A DNA stretch of 62,981 nucleotides, filler included, from Stramenopiles sp. TOSAG23-3 (taxonomy: Eukaryota), in assembly GCA_900128585.1 (NCBI GenBank). It is 8 parts of 8 records of this genome, joined end to end, with 100 filler letters (N's around TTAATTAATTAA, not from the genome) between each part and the next. Parts side by side here need not be neighbours in the genome. Positions count along the whole stretch, not along the records: positions 61,254 to 62,981 come from LT645479.1; 7 more parts are not named here. One strand, written 5' to 3'. Below are positions 62,543 to 62,981 of the stretch, piece after piece. Position numbers and translations under genes: made by a program. Position 1 is the stretch's first letter. Each line of letters starts with the position of its first letter. A model generated the notes under the pieces. The model ran no database searches. It was not told where the DNA came from and saw only the letters and a list, made by a program, of their open reading frames with translations.

Positions 62543-62981
62543 TCAAACTTGGCTAATTCCATTGCCAGCCCTGACTCGTGCGAGCACAGAGTCGCGGTAA
62601 ATTTCAACGGCAGGTGTATCACGTTTTGCCAGCCCCCGGAGCTTTAACGAGGCAAATTTTCGCTCGGCATGCAGGCAGACTTCTTTAATATCGCGCCCGG
62701 ACAAACCGCTCGAAAGCACAACGAGCGAGGCCAATTCATTCTTGCTAAGCTGTTTTGCATAACGTTTGAATATGGACCCTCGTTCGGCATCGTTGGGGAG
62801 TCCAAAATGAATCCTGAACGACAAAATGTGGGGAAAAGGTGGTGGAACAGTTAGGCGTGCCCATCCACTGTCGCCAGCGCAGAAACAGTCGAAGAGAGGA
62901 AGGAAGTACTTACATAAGATCAAACCGTGATAGCAAGGCAGCGTCCAGGTCGGACTTGCGGTTCGTTGCGCACACGGTCAG
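62543..62981 (-). CDS. AAA+ ATPase C-terminal part, two exons (62981-62914, 62813-62543), 5'-partial
   Basis: Splicing gives CATNRKSDLDAALLSRFDLMIHFGLPNDAER..GLSGRDIKEVC (second region of homology and lid). Confidence 0.92.
62814..62913 (-). other. Canonical 100-nt spliceosomal intron
   Basis: GTAAGT donor, CTAAC branch point, pyrimidine tract, TTCAG acceptor; removal restores the AAA motif. Confidence 0.93.

Noticed and set aside
62814-62923. N-terminus MILCKYFLPLFDC.. of the 126-aa ORF
   Set aside because: It is read-through of the intron; the true frame continues in the upstream exon
1-62981. tRNA, rRNA, transposase or reverse transcriptase genes, and a non-standard genetic code
   Set aside because: No cloverleaf, rRNA or RT/transposase motifs recognised; TAA, TAG and TGA all end conserved proteins at the expected places

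Overview
Eukaryotic (protist, probably stramenopile-like) nuclear DNA. This is not one locus but eight length-sorted contigs (11461, 11437, 11430, 11406, 11362, 1729, 1728, 1728 bp) joined by artificial 100-nt N44-TTAATTAATTAA-N44 linkers. About 30 compact, almost intron-free genes sit between very AT-rich spacers: ABCB transporters, RINGv-DUF179, MFS, DDT/WHIM-PWWP-HMG, GNAT, RDM1-like, LACTB2-like, EF-hand-CorA, POP5, FHA, NSUN6, RIO kinase, kinesin-14, GH13 amylase, GT10-GT31, ZFYVE26-like and an AAA ATPase with one canonical intron. The most striking signal is non-coding. A dispersed repeat with one fixed end (AAAACAAGAAAATTGGCTGTTATTTAAGTAATTAAAAT) and a variably truncated other end (about 20 to about 350 bp) lies just downstream of many stop codons. 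Its fixed end reads in the sense of the upstream gene, it often occurs as tandem re-started copies, and I found no clear copy in promoter-side spacers. Those spacers instead carry GAA/TTC tracts and an AGACGACT motif, and gene orientation alternates almost strictly. All family calls come from motif recognition by eye; no database search was run.
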